This document shows, one piece after another, positions 19,990 through 29,222 of a DNA stretch of 32,000 nt. Under the pieces are notes generated by a model. It saw only the letters and a program-made list of their open reading frames with translations, did not search any database and had not been told where the DNA came from. Each line of letters begins with the position of its first letter. Position 1 is the first letter of the stretch. The DNA comes from Planctopirus limnophila DSM 3776. GTDB taxonomy: Bacteria > Planctomycetota > Planctomycetia > Planctomycetales > Planctomycetaceae. The stretch covers positions 600,001 through 632,000 of the forward strand of contig NC_014148.1 in the NCBI RefSeq assembly GCF_000092105.1. Reading direction: 5' to 3'. The position numbers were made by a program, and so were the translations under genes.

Positions 19990-21729
19990 ATGCCAGACCC
20001 ATTTTTACGAACTTTGATGACTTTGGAGCTGGCGTCTGGAAATCAGAGGTTGGATCTTCTGGCCATTGGTCTGAGTTCTGGTGTCGATCGTATTGAGGAT
20101 GCCTGTGCCCAGATGCTGCTGGCTGATGGCTCTTTACCAGCTCAGGCCATGCTGATTGCTGCTGCCGCTCGACCATCCGTGTGTCTGGGTGAGAAGATCA
20201 GGGCGAATGCTGACACGCTCTCTGTGGCTTTCAGGCAGCTGCTGATCCATGGGACTCCCACGCAGGCAATTGCAGCTCTTGATGCGATCGAGCTGACGGA
20301 AACATTGGAGCCTGTCCCTGTTGTTATTGAGCTACTTAGGGCCAATGTTCCTCAGCCAGTTCTGGATAGGGCTGAGAATCTTTTGCGGAGTATGGCCTGG
20401 AAGCTACATGAGTTAACAGAACATGGCAGCGAAAAGCGATTACATCCGACTTTAGCGGCACTGGCAGCCCGTTATCGACTGCCAATTATCGAGGCGTTAT
20501 CGCGTGCTCTGGAATTGGAAGTTGACCATTTAGAACTGCAAAAAGCCAATGTTCGAGAGTTGTTTATTGAGTGTCTCATGATCATCGGCCCGGATGATGC
20601 TCCCGAAGTACGACGAGTCCTCTGGTCGTCAAATCCGAGTGTCCGGGAAATTGTGCGTCATCTGATGATGAGTGGTACACACCCCGGGATACTCCGGTCG
20701 ATTATTGGATCTCTTGGCCACAATTATCCGCATCCCCGAGCACTCGATGCAGTTCAGGAGCGGGATGATCCCGAGTTTGTGGTTTCATTATTAATGACGA
20801 TCTCGAAACCAATCTCTCAAAAGCTGATGCAGAATCTGAGACAGATCAGCTCGGTCAACTGGCTTAGTCGAGAATCACTCGATTTATCCTGGATCCCCGG
20901 AGAGTATCAGGCAGGGATTATCCACTTGATCAATCTGACCAGGTTATCACGAGATTGCCGGAGGAATGTGGAAGAATGGCTGTTAAGGTACGGTTGCTCT
21001 GAGGCCCGTGAAGTCGCTGTTCAGAGTGCTTCCCAGCATGATGGCGATAAGGTCAAAGAGATCGTTCGCAGCAGTCTCAACTCCGCTGACAGTGCTGTCG
21101 CTGCCTGGGCCTGTTCGCAATTGAAAACGCAACAGTTTCCCGATGCTGCACGACTCCTGCTGGAGAAGCTCCGCTGTGCAGATCGAGAGGTTCGAGAAGT
21201 CGCCCGGGCAGAGTTACTCGAGTGGTTTCACGCTGAACGTATGCTTGAGATGCAGGAGGCCATGACTCCTGAGATCGGGCGCCATGCAGGTCGCTTACTG
21301 CTGGAAATTGACGATTCAGCGTTAACGACCATTGAACTGGAGTTAAACCATGCGATTCGTCATCGCAGAATCCGGGCATTAATGGCGATTGACCGGATGG
21401 AACTGATTCACGAAACGCAGGCCTTTCTGTTCAAGATGTTGACGGATATCGACCCGCTCGTCAGAAGGACACTGGTTGATATTCTTGCCAAGTTACCGAG
21501 TTTGGATTCCTTACTTGCACTGCAATATCTGACTCGTGATGAGAGTCTGCGAGTCAGAGAAGCGGCTGTCGTTGCTTTCCAACGGTTGAAAGGATCGATG
21601 GGGGAATTGAACCTGGCAAGTCAGTTGTCGAATCACGTAGAAACGGCCGAGCGTCCTGTCTCATCAACAGACGATTCGGGAATTCTGGCATGGGCTAATC
21701 CAGCTGATGAAACCCGGTCAATCAATTGA
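19990..21729 (+). CDS. Hypothetical protein, all-alpha with HEAT/ARM-like repeats
   Basis: 579-aa ORF, Leu/Ala/Arg-rich. It has repeated helical units ending in motifs such as D..VRE.A..AL and DPLVRRTLVDILA typical of HEAT repeats. No catalytic motif was recognised. Confidence 0.6.
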   Translation: MPDPFLRTLMTLELASGNQRLDLLAIGLSSGVDRIEDACAQMLLADGSLPAQAMLIAAAARPSVCLGEKIRANADTLSVAFRQLLIHGTPTQAIAALDAIELTETLEPVPVVIELLRANVPQPVLDRAENLLRSMAWKLHELTEHGSEKRLHPTLAALAARYRLPIIEALSRALELEVDHLELQKANVRELFIECLMIIGPDDAPEVRRVLWSSNPSVREIVRHLMMSGTHPGILRSIIGSLGHNYPHPRALDAVQERDDPEFVVSLLMTISKPISQKLMQNLRQISSVNWLSRESLDLSWIPGEYQAGIIHLINLTRLSRDCRRNVEEWLLRYGCSEAREVAVQSASQHDGDKVKEIVRSSLNSADSAVAAWACSQLKTQQFPDAARLLLEKLRCADREVREVARAELLEWFHAERMLEMQEAMTPEIGRHAGRLLLEIDDSALTTIELELNHAIRHRRIRALMAIDRMELIHETQAFLFKMLTDIDPLVRRTLVDILAKLPSLDSLLALQYLTRDESLRVREAAVVAFQRLKGSMGELNLASQLSNHVETAERPVSSTDDSGILAWANPADETRSIN

Positions 21730-21762
21730 ATAATCAAGTCTTTAAATTCAGAGGCTCCGGTA

Positions 21763-22206
21763 ATGACGCTTGAAAGTCAGTACATGATCGAGAATGTGCT
21801 GAGACAAGCCTGGTTCATGCAGGCAGCCATGCCGCTGTACTGGTTTGGCGGAGCACTCGTTGCCATTTTGATTTTGTGGCTCATGCTCTACGTGGTTGAT
21901 CAACTCAAACTGGTCAGAGAACATCGGGTTGAGCCGTCCCAGAGTTTGTTTACTCAGCTTTGCGAAGCACATGTTTTGACAAAGACAGAGTCAATCGAGC
22001 TTCGCAGCGTGGCTGATCTCGTCAGTCATGCAACTCCGGCGGCAATTTTTGTCCGTCCTGATCTGCTGGCTGAGGGATGTCAGAAACTTGGTCTCGACGA
22101 GGTTCGTCACCGTGAATGGCAGCATCGCCTGTTTGGCGAAGCCATCGCTGCCGAAGTCGAACTTTTGCATAGCCCAGTACGCGAAAAAATAACCAGCTCA
22201 TCATGA
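21763..22206 (+). CDS. Hypothetical small membrane-anchored protein
   Basis: 147-aa ORF with one hydrophobic helix (LYWFGGALVAILILWLMLYVV). The last 185 nt overlap the convergent DUF4126-like gene, so the true end of one of the two is uncertain. Confidence 0.4.
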   Translation: MTLESQYMIENVLRQAWFMQAAMPLYWFGGALVAILILWLMLYVVDQLKLVREHRVEPSQSLFTQLCEAHVLTKTESIELRSVADLVSHATPAAIFVRPDLLAEGCQKLGLDEVRHREWQHRLFGEAIAAEVELLHSPVREKITSSS

Positions 22207-22738
22207 CGAGCAACACGATCGCAATCATTCCGGCCAGAATCGGAAGTACCACTGCCAGTATCGAAAGCAGTAATGCGATGAGGTCTTCAATCACCGAAAC
22301 GACAGTGGTTCCAGTTCCAGCCGTGGCTACGTTCACTGCTGGTCTGATCGCTGAGCGGGAAAGATGGACGGTACTCCCTACGAGGCAACCAGCAGCGAGG
22401 AGAATCACAGGGTGAATCTGGATGACGGAGGATGTCTGGCTGGCAAACAGAATGGCGCTGGCGATGGGAGCCAGAAACATGCCGACCGTGTGCAGAGCGT
22501 GGTCAACGGCAGGAATCTTATCCCCGATCAAATCGATCAGCCCTAAAATGGTGATCGCAATCAGCAGATATTCATTGCCAAGCCAGTCATAGGGTGCAGC
22601 TAACGTAATCCAGCCACTTCGATGTGCTAGCCCCAGCGTGATTAAAGAAACGTAGGTATTTAAACCACTGGCCGCCGAAAGCCCCAGTCCACCCATGAGG
22701 CCAGTCAGTGCTTCAGAGAGTGGTGGCATGATGGACAA
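22022..22738 (-). CDS. DUF4126-like integral membrane protein
   Basis: 238 aa with several TM helices and Gly-rich text (GLGLSAASGLNTYVSLITLGL; IGDKIPAVDHALHTV) as in DUF4126 family proteins. The hydrophilic C-terminal tail overlaps the upstream + strand ORF. Confidence 0.6.
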   Translation of the reverse strand: MSIMPPLSEALTGLMGGLGLSAASGLNTYVSLITLGLAHRSGWITLAAPYDWLGNEYLLIAITILGLIDLIGDKIPAVDHALHTVGMFLAPIASAILFASQTSSVIQIHPVILLAAGCLVGSTVHLSRSAIRPAVNVATAGTGTTVVSVIEDLIALLLSILAVVLPILAGMIAIVLLVMMSWLFFRVLGYAKVRLRQRWLRQTGDAAIHGDEPRRDQVSDIPQPADQDGQKLPPELHD

Positions 22739-22819
22739 CTGGTGAAAATGAGGATGGTTGTGAGCGTGACGTTCTGAACCTGCGTTGGCTATGAAGATCG
22801 ATCAAACAACATGAATTGA

Positions 22820-24886
22820 TCAGCTGGCTGTGGCCTCGCGTTCGATGTCATCCGAGTTGAACTGGACGTCGACCAGAGTTGTCACCGGGTACCCACTGCG
22901 GGGATTCTGACCTTTGCGGAACTGCAGTCGCCAGATGAGATTGCCGTTAAGTTCATCGATACCGCCGGCCTCGGAAGGGAGAAAAGTCTCAATAGACTCT
23001 CCCGGTGCGAGCGCAATCCCCAGGGGCATGTTGGCAATCGACACTTCATCTTGCAGAGGGAGTTCAAAAAGATTGATCACACCGGTATCTGACGCCAGTT
23101 GATCGGCCCACTTGATGAACTGATTGGCACGACTGCCAAATCGTCGATCACGAAAAAATACCAGCTCTCGATCCAAAGGGATAATGGTCTGATCCCGGCT
23201 GACATTCTTGAATCGAACGAGCAGCTTCAGAACTGGCTCGGTTGTTTCTGATGAGGAGTTCGAGGCATTCTGCACGATGCTGATCGGGCCGCGAGTGACT
23301 TTCAGTGGAGTCAATTCGATGTTGCCGAAGCGACGCGTCTGATTCAGTTTGAGGGTGTGTAGCGGGGCCACACGATTGTCGGGATTGATGAGTGTGACTG
23401 AGATGCCGGTGGCGGGCGGTTTGATATCCGGCAGGCTTTCGAGTTGATGGTAAGGTTGTCTCATGTATTGCACGATGAAAAAGAGAAGTGCAAGAGTCGA
23501 GGCACTGGCATAGCCCGCCAGCAGGAGAAAGAGTTGCCTGGAGACGACCTCTTCTTTTCGGAGAGATGCAGGATTCTCCGGAAAAGCGTCGGCAGTTCCG
23601 GCCGATAAACTTCCGACTGGCACAGGTTGCCTCGAGAACTGAAAATTACCCTCCTGAACTTTGTCTCCTGATCGTTTTTCTGATGTAGTTCCAGTGGAAA
23701 CCAGAGTGAGATCTTCACCGGTCGGAAAAGGTTGGGCCAGTTGGGAGAAGCTGGATAGCTGTTGGACATCCAGATTCGTCTCGGGGGTTTGTGCAGCCAC
23801 TAACGGCTGATCAAGATTTGAGAGAAAAGCGAGCGATTGATCTTCGGCGGAGTTGATTTCCGTACCTGCGGAGATCGATGGCGCATTTGATGTGGCGACG
23901 GCTGGGAAATCGGGGGTTGCTGAATCTCCGTGACCTTGCGTCGTTACGTCAACAGTCATCGAAGGTTCTGTGAGATTCATGGCAGGCTCTGCTGTCATGA
24001 GCCCAACGCCGGCTGTCTGTCGAATGAGTTCGGCCAGTTGTGGTGATGACTGGGAGAAGTGATCTGTTTCCGGATCGCTGGTATGAAGATCGTTGCTGAG
24101 GGATGGATCGATCGTTGTGGCTATGGTGTGGCCTGGTAGACCAGCCGGAGAACTATAGCTGTCATCTGCAAGTGTTGGATTTAGAGTCTCTTCAGTCACG
24201 GCAGGGAATGATTCACTGATTTCCTGCAAACTGGAATGGGGGGCGATCACTGGCTGTGAGTCGGGTATGAAGTCGAACACCACCTCTTCTTCCGGCTCGC
24301 TGGTCACGGCATGGGCTGGTTCAAAAGAAGGCATGCCAGGAAGAGATTCTGCCGGCACTGTTTCCGCGATGATTGATCCCAGACTTGGAATGGGGAGCTC
24401 ATCCATCCCGGGAAGATGTGGGCTCGGAAATACAAAAGACTGCAAATCATCATGATGTTCGCCAGGGCCTGAGGGCTCTGTCGAGGATGGAACAGTCTGG
24501 AGAAAATCGAAGTTGACGGTCGCCGGACTTGTTGCGCCTGTCGGGCTGTCGATAGCAGGTATGAACGGAGGCAAGAAATCTTTTGAGGCCATCGGGGAGG
24601 AAGTTGTATTGGTCGAAAAATCAGGCTGAGGTATGGATGACAGAAAATCCGGGATTGATGCTGATCCAGGGAAATTCTTGGCAGGGGCACCAAGCTGAGA
24701 AAAATCAAATGTCGAATCGATGCTCTCTGCTTCGGAACTCACCGGAGCGACAGGCTCGGACTCCACGGGGATTTCTGATTGAACTTCGAGATGGGCACCG
24801 CACTCGGGGCACTCCACAACCACATTTCCTTCGGCCTCGACCATCATCGGGTTTTGACAGGAGCCGCAGATAATCTCAAATGGCAT
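22820..24886 (-). CDS. Zinc-ribbon / disordered linker / single-TM / C-terminal domain protein
   Basis: 688 aa. The N-terminus has CGSC...(16 aa)...CPEC (a zinc ribbon). About 400 aa of Pro/Ser/Thr/Glu-rich low complexity follow. One TM helix (LFLLLAGYASASTLALLFFIV) precedes a folded C-terminal domain of about 200 aa. Confidence 0.65.
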   Translation of the reverse strand: MPFEIICGSCQNPMMVEAEGNVVVECPECGAHLEVQSEIPVESEPVAPVSSEAESIDSTFDFSQLGAPAKNFPGSASIPDFLSSIPQPDFSTNTTSSPMASKDFLPPFIPAIDSPTGATSPATVNFDFLQTVPSSTEPSGPGEHHDDLQSFVFPSPHLPGMDELPIPSLGSIIAETVPAESLPGMPSFEPAHAVTSEPEEEVVFDFIPDSQPVIAPHSSLQEISESFPAVTEETLNPTLADDSYSSPAGLPGHTIATTIDPSLSNDLHTSDPETDHFSQSSPQLAELIRQTAGVGLMTAEPAMNLTEPSMTVDVTTQGHGDSATPDFPAVATSNAPSISAGTEINSAEDQSLAFLSNLDQPLVAAQTPETNLDVQQLSSFSQLAQPFPTGEDLTLVSTGTTSEKRSGDKVQEGNFQFSRQPVPVGSLSAGTADAFPENPASLRKEEVVSRQLFLLLAGYASASTLALLFFIVQYMRQPYHQLESLPDIKPPATGISVTLINPDNRVAPLHTLKLNQTRRFGNIELTPLKVTRGPISIVQNASNSSSETTEPVLKLLVRFKNVSRDQTIIPLDRELVFFRDRRFGSRANQFIKWADQLASDTGVINLFELPLQDEVSIANMPLGIALAPGESIETFLPSEAGGIDELNGNLIWRLQFRKGQNPRSGYPVTTLVDVQFNSDDIEREATAS

Positions 24887-25037
24887 GCAAGGGACTTTCC
24901 ATCAGAGGGAAGACGGATTTCTCTGTACAGAATAAGCATGTCGGTAGGCTGATGCGAGATCTACTCCCGGAAAGGGTCATTTCGCTATGGAATGGGGCTT
25001 CGGCTTTTTCCATGGACTGTCTCTTCCCATCAAATAA

Positions 25038-25075
25038 CAACACCCGCGGGCCGGAATTTCGACCCGCGGGTGTTG
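25038..25075 (-). terminator. Terminator hairpin downstream of rsr
   Basis: 13-bp perfect GC-rich stem CAACACCCGCGGG / CCCGCGGGTGTTG with a 12-nt loop. On the - strand it is followed by TTATTTGAT and lies 41 nt after the rsr stop. Confidence 0.7.
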
Positions 25076-25115
25076 GCTTGAGTATACAGAAAATGGATCG
25101 GAGTCCAATTCGCGT

Positions 25116-26753
25116 TTACAGTTCGATCGCTTCCACTTCAGCCACGAATCGCTGGTTGTTGTCAGCGAGGAATGCACTGATCACGTTGAACACGGCGTCA
25201 CTGAAGCCACCGATGTTCATGATGTCAGTTCGCTCACAAGCCTGGACTGTCTGGTACGGCTGCAAGTCGATGTTAATCAACTTCGGTGGGGCAGCTTTTC
25301 GGCTCAGCTTTCGCTGGTTCGATGAAAAAGCTTCCCAGGCCGTCATCACACCGGTTGAACCGTGCCGTCCTGTTCCGACCCAACTCTCGTTATCGCTCAC
25401 GAGAACCATGCCGGCGAACTTTCGTCTCGCATACTTCTGGTTGGCAACAACCAGTGGCAGCGAACAATCCGTTCCGCCACCGCCGTACTTCGCCAATCGC
25501 TGAGCAATGCTCAGGATCGAATCGTTGGGATCGATCTTCACATCGTAAGCCGACGTATCGAACGGAATCACAACGCTGGCCGGGTTACGCCTGAGGATCG
25601 CTGCTGCGAACAGTGCTGCCACGTCGATGCAGCGCATCTTCGAAGTTGCACCTCGTCCACGGTTCCCAGTGACCGGGCTGCTCATTGATCCAGATGTATC
25701 CAGACCAATCACCACCGGTCCCGGCAACTCCGGTACGTTTCCACAGGCGATCTCGGCGGCCTTATGCAGTGCAGTCTTGATCTTCTGCGGAACGTTGTCG
25801 TCTGCGTTCAAGTACGCAGCAAAGTACTGGTACGGGAACTGCTTGGAGCGTTGAATCTCCGTCTTGTCAGCGATCCGGTCAGCCACGTAATCAACCATTG
25901 CACTTGTGGCGAGCACATCGTGTCGCAGCAAAGTGTTCAAGTTCATACGTAGTGCCTGCGGACCCATCTTGCGAGCCAGAACTGCCCAAACCTTCGGTCC
26001 CCTGGCGGCATCGGACAACAAGTCCCAGCGGACGATGTCGAGTCCACCAGCGATCAAGGCCTGCGCTTCTTCGCTTTCCGACTTGCGGTACGCGATCAGC
26101 GACTGAACTTCGACCGGCAGGTCGGCTTCCGTGGCGGGTGCCCACTTGTCGATGCTCTTATCGGTCAACCAACCGAACATCGCCCGGCGAGCGTTGTCCT
26201 TAGGTGTCGGTCGAGCCATACGCAGGATATCCCGCAAGCTCGGATCGTTACCGATAGACGCGCTCAACAGCTTTCCAACCGAGGCGGTGTTTAGCCAACG
26301 CTGGAAGGCTCGCTGCACAGAGCTCGACAAGCCAACGCGACTCTTACCGGCCTTGTTCTTGAACTGACCTGAGCGAATCATCTGGAACACAGTTCGCAGA
26401 ACGCGACCGTTGTCGACCACGCGATCGAAGACGCGATGCATCAACTCGGTATCACGAACTGACAGCGCGACCAGCAATGCAGCCGGCATGTCTTTCATGA
26501 ACGCTTTCTCACGAGCATAGAGAGCCAGCTTCGCCAGGTACTGGTTGTCGTCGACTGTGTCGATCAACTTGAGCACTTCGTCGAGCTGTGATTCTGCAGT
26601 ACTGTAGAACGCGTTGTTGAAGGTGCCGGTAGCAGCCACCTGGGCCAGCGCGTGTTTAGGTTCGAGTTGATATGCGAGGCCACCGGCTTCGTTGACGGCG
26701 TTGGCCTTCGGGAGTCGGCCAAGTATGCTTGCGAAAAGAGACATGTTTGCCAT
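25116..26753 (-). CDS. rsr: Ro 60-kDa autoantigen orthologue (Rsr): TROVE domain plus vWA domain
   Basis: 545 aa. The N-terminal text ([30 protein letters not shown]; [20 protein letters not shown]) is typical of bacterial Ro/TROVE proteins. The C-terminal vWA domain has the MIDAS motif [12 protein letters not shown]. Confidence 0.85.
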   Translation of the reverse strand: MANMSLFASILGRLPKANAVNEAGGLAYQLEPKHALAQVAATGTFNNAFYSTAESQLDEVLKLIDTVDDNQYLAKLALYAREKAFMKDMPAALLVALSVRDTELMHRVFDRVVDNGRVLRTVFQMIRSGQFKNKAGKSRVGLSSSVQRAFQRWLNTASVGKLLSASIGNDPSLRDILRMARPTPKDNARRAMFGWLTDKSIDKWAPATEADLPVEVQSLIAYRKSESEEAQALIAGGLDIVRWDLLSDAARGPKVWAVLARKMGPQALRMNLNTLLRHDVLATSAMVDYVADRIADKTEIQRSKQFPYQYFAAYLNADDNVPQKIKTALHKAAEIACGNVPELPGPVVIGLDTSGSMSSPVTGNRGRGATSKMRCIDVAALFAAAILRRNPASVVIPFDTSAYDVKIDPNDSILSIAQRLAKYGGGGTDCSLPLVVANQKYARRKFAGMVLVSDNESWVGTGRHGSTGVMTAWEAFSSNQRKLSRKAAPPKLINIDLQPYQTVQACERTDIMNIGGFSDAVFNVISAFLADNNQRFVAEVEAIEL

Positions 26754-26771
26754 AGTGGAATTGTGAAGTTT

Positions 26772-26789
26772 GAAGTTCGAAGTTTGAAA
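26772..26789. repeat. Left arm of an 18-bp perfect inverted repeat bracketing the four-helix-bundle gene
   Basis: GAAGTTCGAAGTTTGAAA is the exact reverse complement of 27187..27204. It belongs to the same family as the palindromes in the tRNA-array spacers. Confidence 0.9.
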
Positions 26790-26837
26790 CCGTAAGATGA
26801 CGGCGCGAGTCAGTAAGTTTGAATAGTCGAAGGTAAT

Positions 26838-27185
26838 ATGAAGAGCGATTTACCTGATAGAACGTTCGCGTTTGCAGAAAGAATTGTGCGGTTTTGTATG
26901 TTCTTGGAGCAAAATGGCAGAGTGTCAACAACATTGGCAACGCAACTGCTTAGGTCGGGTACATCGGTGGGAGCCAACGTTGAGGAAGCTGGAGCATCAG
27001 AGAGCCGCAAAGACTTCATTCACAAGTATGCAATCGCTTGCAAAGAGGCACGCGAGTCTCATTACTGGCTTCGTCTATTGGCCGTGTCAGAGGTCGTTCC
27101 AAAAGATCGATTAGAACTACTCACGAGTGAAGCAAATGAACTCATCGCTATTTTGACAACGATCATCAAGAAGTCGCGAGAATGA
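26838..27185 (+). CDS. Four-helix-bundle protein (23S rRNA intervening-sequence protein family)
   Basis: 115 aa. The text F..RI..F...L......[17 protein letters not shown]....S.KDFIHK..IA.KEARES.YWLRLL is diagnostic of this family. It is the only + strand gene in the island. Confidence 0.85.
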   Translation: MKSDLPDRTFAFAERIVRFCMFLEQNGRVSTTLATQLLRSGTSVGANVEEAGASESRKDFIHKYAIACKEARESHYWLRLLAVSEVVPKDRLELLTSEANELIAILTTIIKKSRE

Positions 27186-27186
27186 A

Positions 27187-27204
27187 TTTCAAACTTCGAA
27201 CTTC
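27187..27204. repeat. Right arm of the 18-bp inverted repeat
   Basis: TTTCAAACTTCGAACTTC begins 2 nt after the four-helix-bundle stop codon. Confidence 0.9.
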
Positions 27205-27486
27205 CCATTTTGAACTTCGTCGGTGTACTCTGAATCAGCAGGCAATCATTATCTCGGCTTGAAAATGTTGGAACGAGGTATGAACAAGAGTTGCCTTTCG
27301 GCAATACGGACTTCCGACTTCAAGCAACATTGTCACTCGACCGTTGACAGGCATGTCTATCTTTGAAAAGACTCGCATGCCATTCACTAGCGGGTCACCC
27401 CGCAATCGCTACCTTAGGCCCGTCATGGAATCCTGTCCGTCAGTTCCAGCCCTTGTTGGACTCATTGATGAGATGGAAGGTTCGCT

Positions 27487-27723
27487 TCACTTCAGCGATC
27501 TTGAAGGCATTAAAGCCGGAATCCGGTCCATGTTCGCATCGACGAGTTCCTCGATAATGCTCCCTAGAGTGGTTCTGTTGCCAGAGCTGAAGGGTAGATT
27601 CGCGTCAAGGTCGATAAGCATGCAGTGCCGATGCGTATTATATGGACGTTTGGTCTTTTCCAAGCCATATCCGTGATTCTTGTACTGAAGCGAATGGCGC
27701 CATCGATGTTTCTCACTCGTCAT
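27487..27723 (-). CDS. Hypothetical small ORF overlapping the RNA ligase stop (possibly a gene remnant)
   Basis: 78-aa ORF whose ATG overlaps the ligase 3' end by 11 nt. No recognisable motif. Other frames further downstream on the - strand (lower coordinates) give only short open stretches, so this may be a decayed gene. Confidence 0.25.
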   Translation of the reverse strand: MTSEKHRWRHSLQYKNHGYGLEKTKRPYNTHRHCMLIDLDANLPFSSGNRTTLGSIIEELVDANMDRIPALMPSRSLK

Positions 27724-28774
27724 ACTTCACAAGAAAGGCGGGGTTAATCGCTTTAAAGCTTAATCGTCCCCCCGTGTCCGGCTCGAATGTTTCCGATATG
27801 GGACGGAGAACGATTCCTTCGCGCAAGGTGGATGAGTTCAAAACACTTTTTCCTTCGGCGAGCTTAATCAGTTCGTCGATGGAATGGTTCAGTGTCACCT
27901 TTTCGAGGAATGGTACCGCCACGAGACCAAGCGACTTAATCACCTCTTGCATTTGATCGAAGTCCAACAGCATCCCGGTCGTTAAGTTCACGACATTAAA
28001 AATTCTCAGTGTCACAAACTCGAGCCGGTATTTATTGCCCTGGATTCCCGGGCCAATCATCTCTCCTTGAACCGCCAGGTCGAAGCCTAGTTGCTTTGAC
28101 ATTTCAGCCAGCTTTTCCCTCAAATGGAATGACTCGGCAATGGCGACATACTTCGATGTGCCATCCATCTCGTCAATCCACTGATTGCGGCTGCAGATGC
28201 CGAACTGAGACTGATAATGGAATGCCGTGAAGGAACTTCCATCGAGCTTTTCGGTGACAATCAACTCTTTTCCTTTGTGTCGCTCGAGTGCGTCTGCGAG
28301 CAGCTGAACACGAGTTTCATCTGTTTTGGGCACAAAGCTTGGAAACGGACCTTTAATCTTGCCAACCATACCAGCAGGTATAGGGGGCTCCCATTTCACG
28401 ATGCCGAGCTCGGCAGTGACTTCAGTGCCGAGCGGCAGGTGATCACCGTTCGGCACCAGGGAAACGGGAAAACAAATTCCTTGTGAATATTGTCCGCGGA
28501 GTTTGATTGTGCGAATTCGGAAACCAGCTGGTACCGCAATGCGACCGGTCGCATCGATTTGTGCGGGCTTGAAGCAATTGCTACGGAGAAACTCGAATTC
28601 TGAACGCTCGGGAAGGAGTGAGTCGATTTCACAATAGATGATTTTGTCACCGACGCGATACTCTCCGCGCTTGACCACAACCGCCCAACCCAAAATCCTT
28701 GCCAGTTCAATCGAGTCTGCATTTGTGATTGGCTCGATGGCTGAAATTGTCTGTATGGTTGCCAGTTTTCGCAT
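27713..28774 (-). CDS. ATP-dependent RNA ligase, DraRnl (DRB0094) type
   Basis: The ORF opens at 28813, but MRKLATIQTISAIEPITNADSIELARILGWAVVVKRGEYRVGDKIIYCEIDSLLP (ATG at 28774) is the characteristic N-terminal OB-like module of this family. The nucleotidyltransferase motif I lysine lies in TEKLDGSS. Confidence 0.8.
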   Translation of the reverse strand: MRKLATIQTISAIEPITNADSIELARILGWAVVVKRGEYRVGDKIIYCEIDSLLPERSEFEFLRSNCFKPAQIDATGRIAVPAGFRIRTIKLRGQYSQGICFPVSLVPNGDHLPLGTEVTAELGIVKWEPPIPAGMVGKIKGPFPSFVPKTDETRVQLLADALERHKGKELIVTEKLDGSSFTAFHYQSQFGICSRNQWIDEMDGTSKYVAIAESFHLREKLAEMSKQLGFDLAVQGEMIGPGIQGNKYRLEFVTLRIFNVVNLTTGMLLDFDQMQEVIKSLGLVAVPFLEKVTLNHSIDELIKLAEGKSVLNSSTLREGIVLRPISETFEPDTGGRLSFKAINPAFLVKYDE

Positions 28775-28826
28775 GTTTTTTGAGATTTGGAGTAAAGGAA
28801 GATGAGCAGTCATTTTGGTTTACGAG

Positions 28827-28896
28827 CAGGAACGCAGTGATTCGAACACTGTCCATCGGTTTTGGAGGCCGAGTCCGCTCCCAGGCGAACATTCCT
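28827..28896 (-). tRNA. tRNA-Trp (anticodon CCA), no encoded CCA end
   Basis: Manual cloverleaf: AGGAATG T TCGC-CTGGGA-GCGG AC TCGGC CTCCAAA ACCGA TGGA CAGTG TTCGAAT CACTG CGTTCCT G. It has the A1-U72 pair and G73 typical of bacterial tRNA-Trp. The D region is compact and there is a C31xA39 mismatch. Confidence 0.7.
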
Positions 28897-29222
28897 GTAG
28901 AATAAGGAACAAAAGGTAAAGTAAAAGAGATCAGCGGGGCGACCGAAATGCGAGACGATAGCAATCTGCAGGCGTCTCTGCGCCCGAAAGTAACCGTGTG
29001 CATCGGCAACGCATCGAATCTGGCCAAGGCAATCACCTCAGAAATACAAATGTGTTGGCCTGCCGAATAAATGGCTCATCGCGAGCCGGCACAAGCCGGC
29101 TCTATTCATTTCAGTCATACAACTGGTAATCCATGAGATCGACAATCCTGGCAGTGTCGTTCAACGGGATGATCCGAACACGCAGATCCGTAGCTATAGC
29201 AAGCTCCAGCGCTGGCGTTGGT

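Noticed and set aside
22022-22206. 185-nt convergent overlap of the 147-aa ORF and the DUF4126-like gene as a possible antisense regulatory arrangement
   Set aside because: It is more simply explained by an over-extended hydrophilic tail on one of the two ORFs. This cannot be resolved from sequence alone.
27186-27712. Search for a Y RNA or tRNA-like element in the gap between the four-helix-bundle gene and the ligase
   Set aside because: No T-arm-like motif or long-range stem was found by eye. There is only a small hairpin (TTGCC-TTTC-GGCAA at about 27290..27303) and broken reading frames, so a decayed gene or UTR is more likely.
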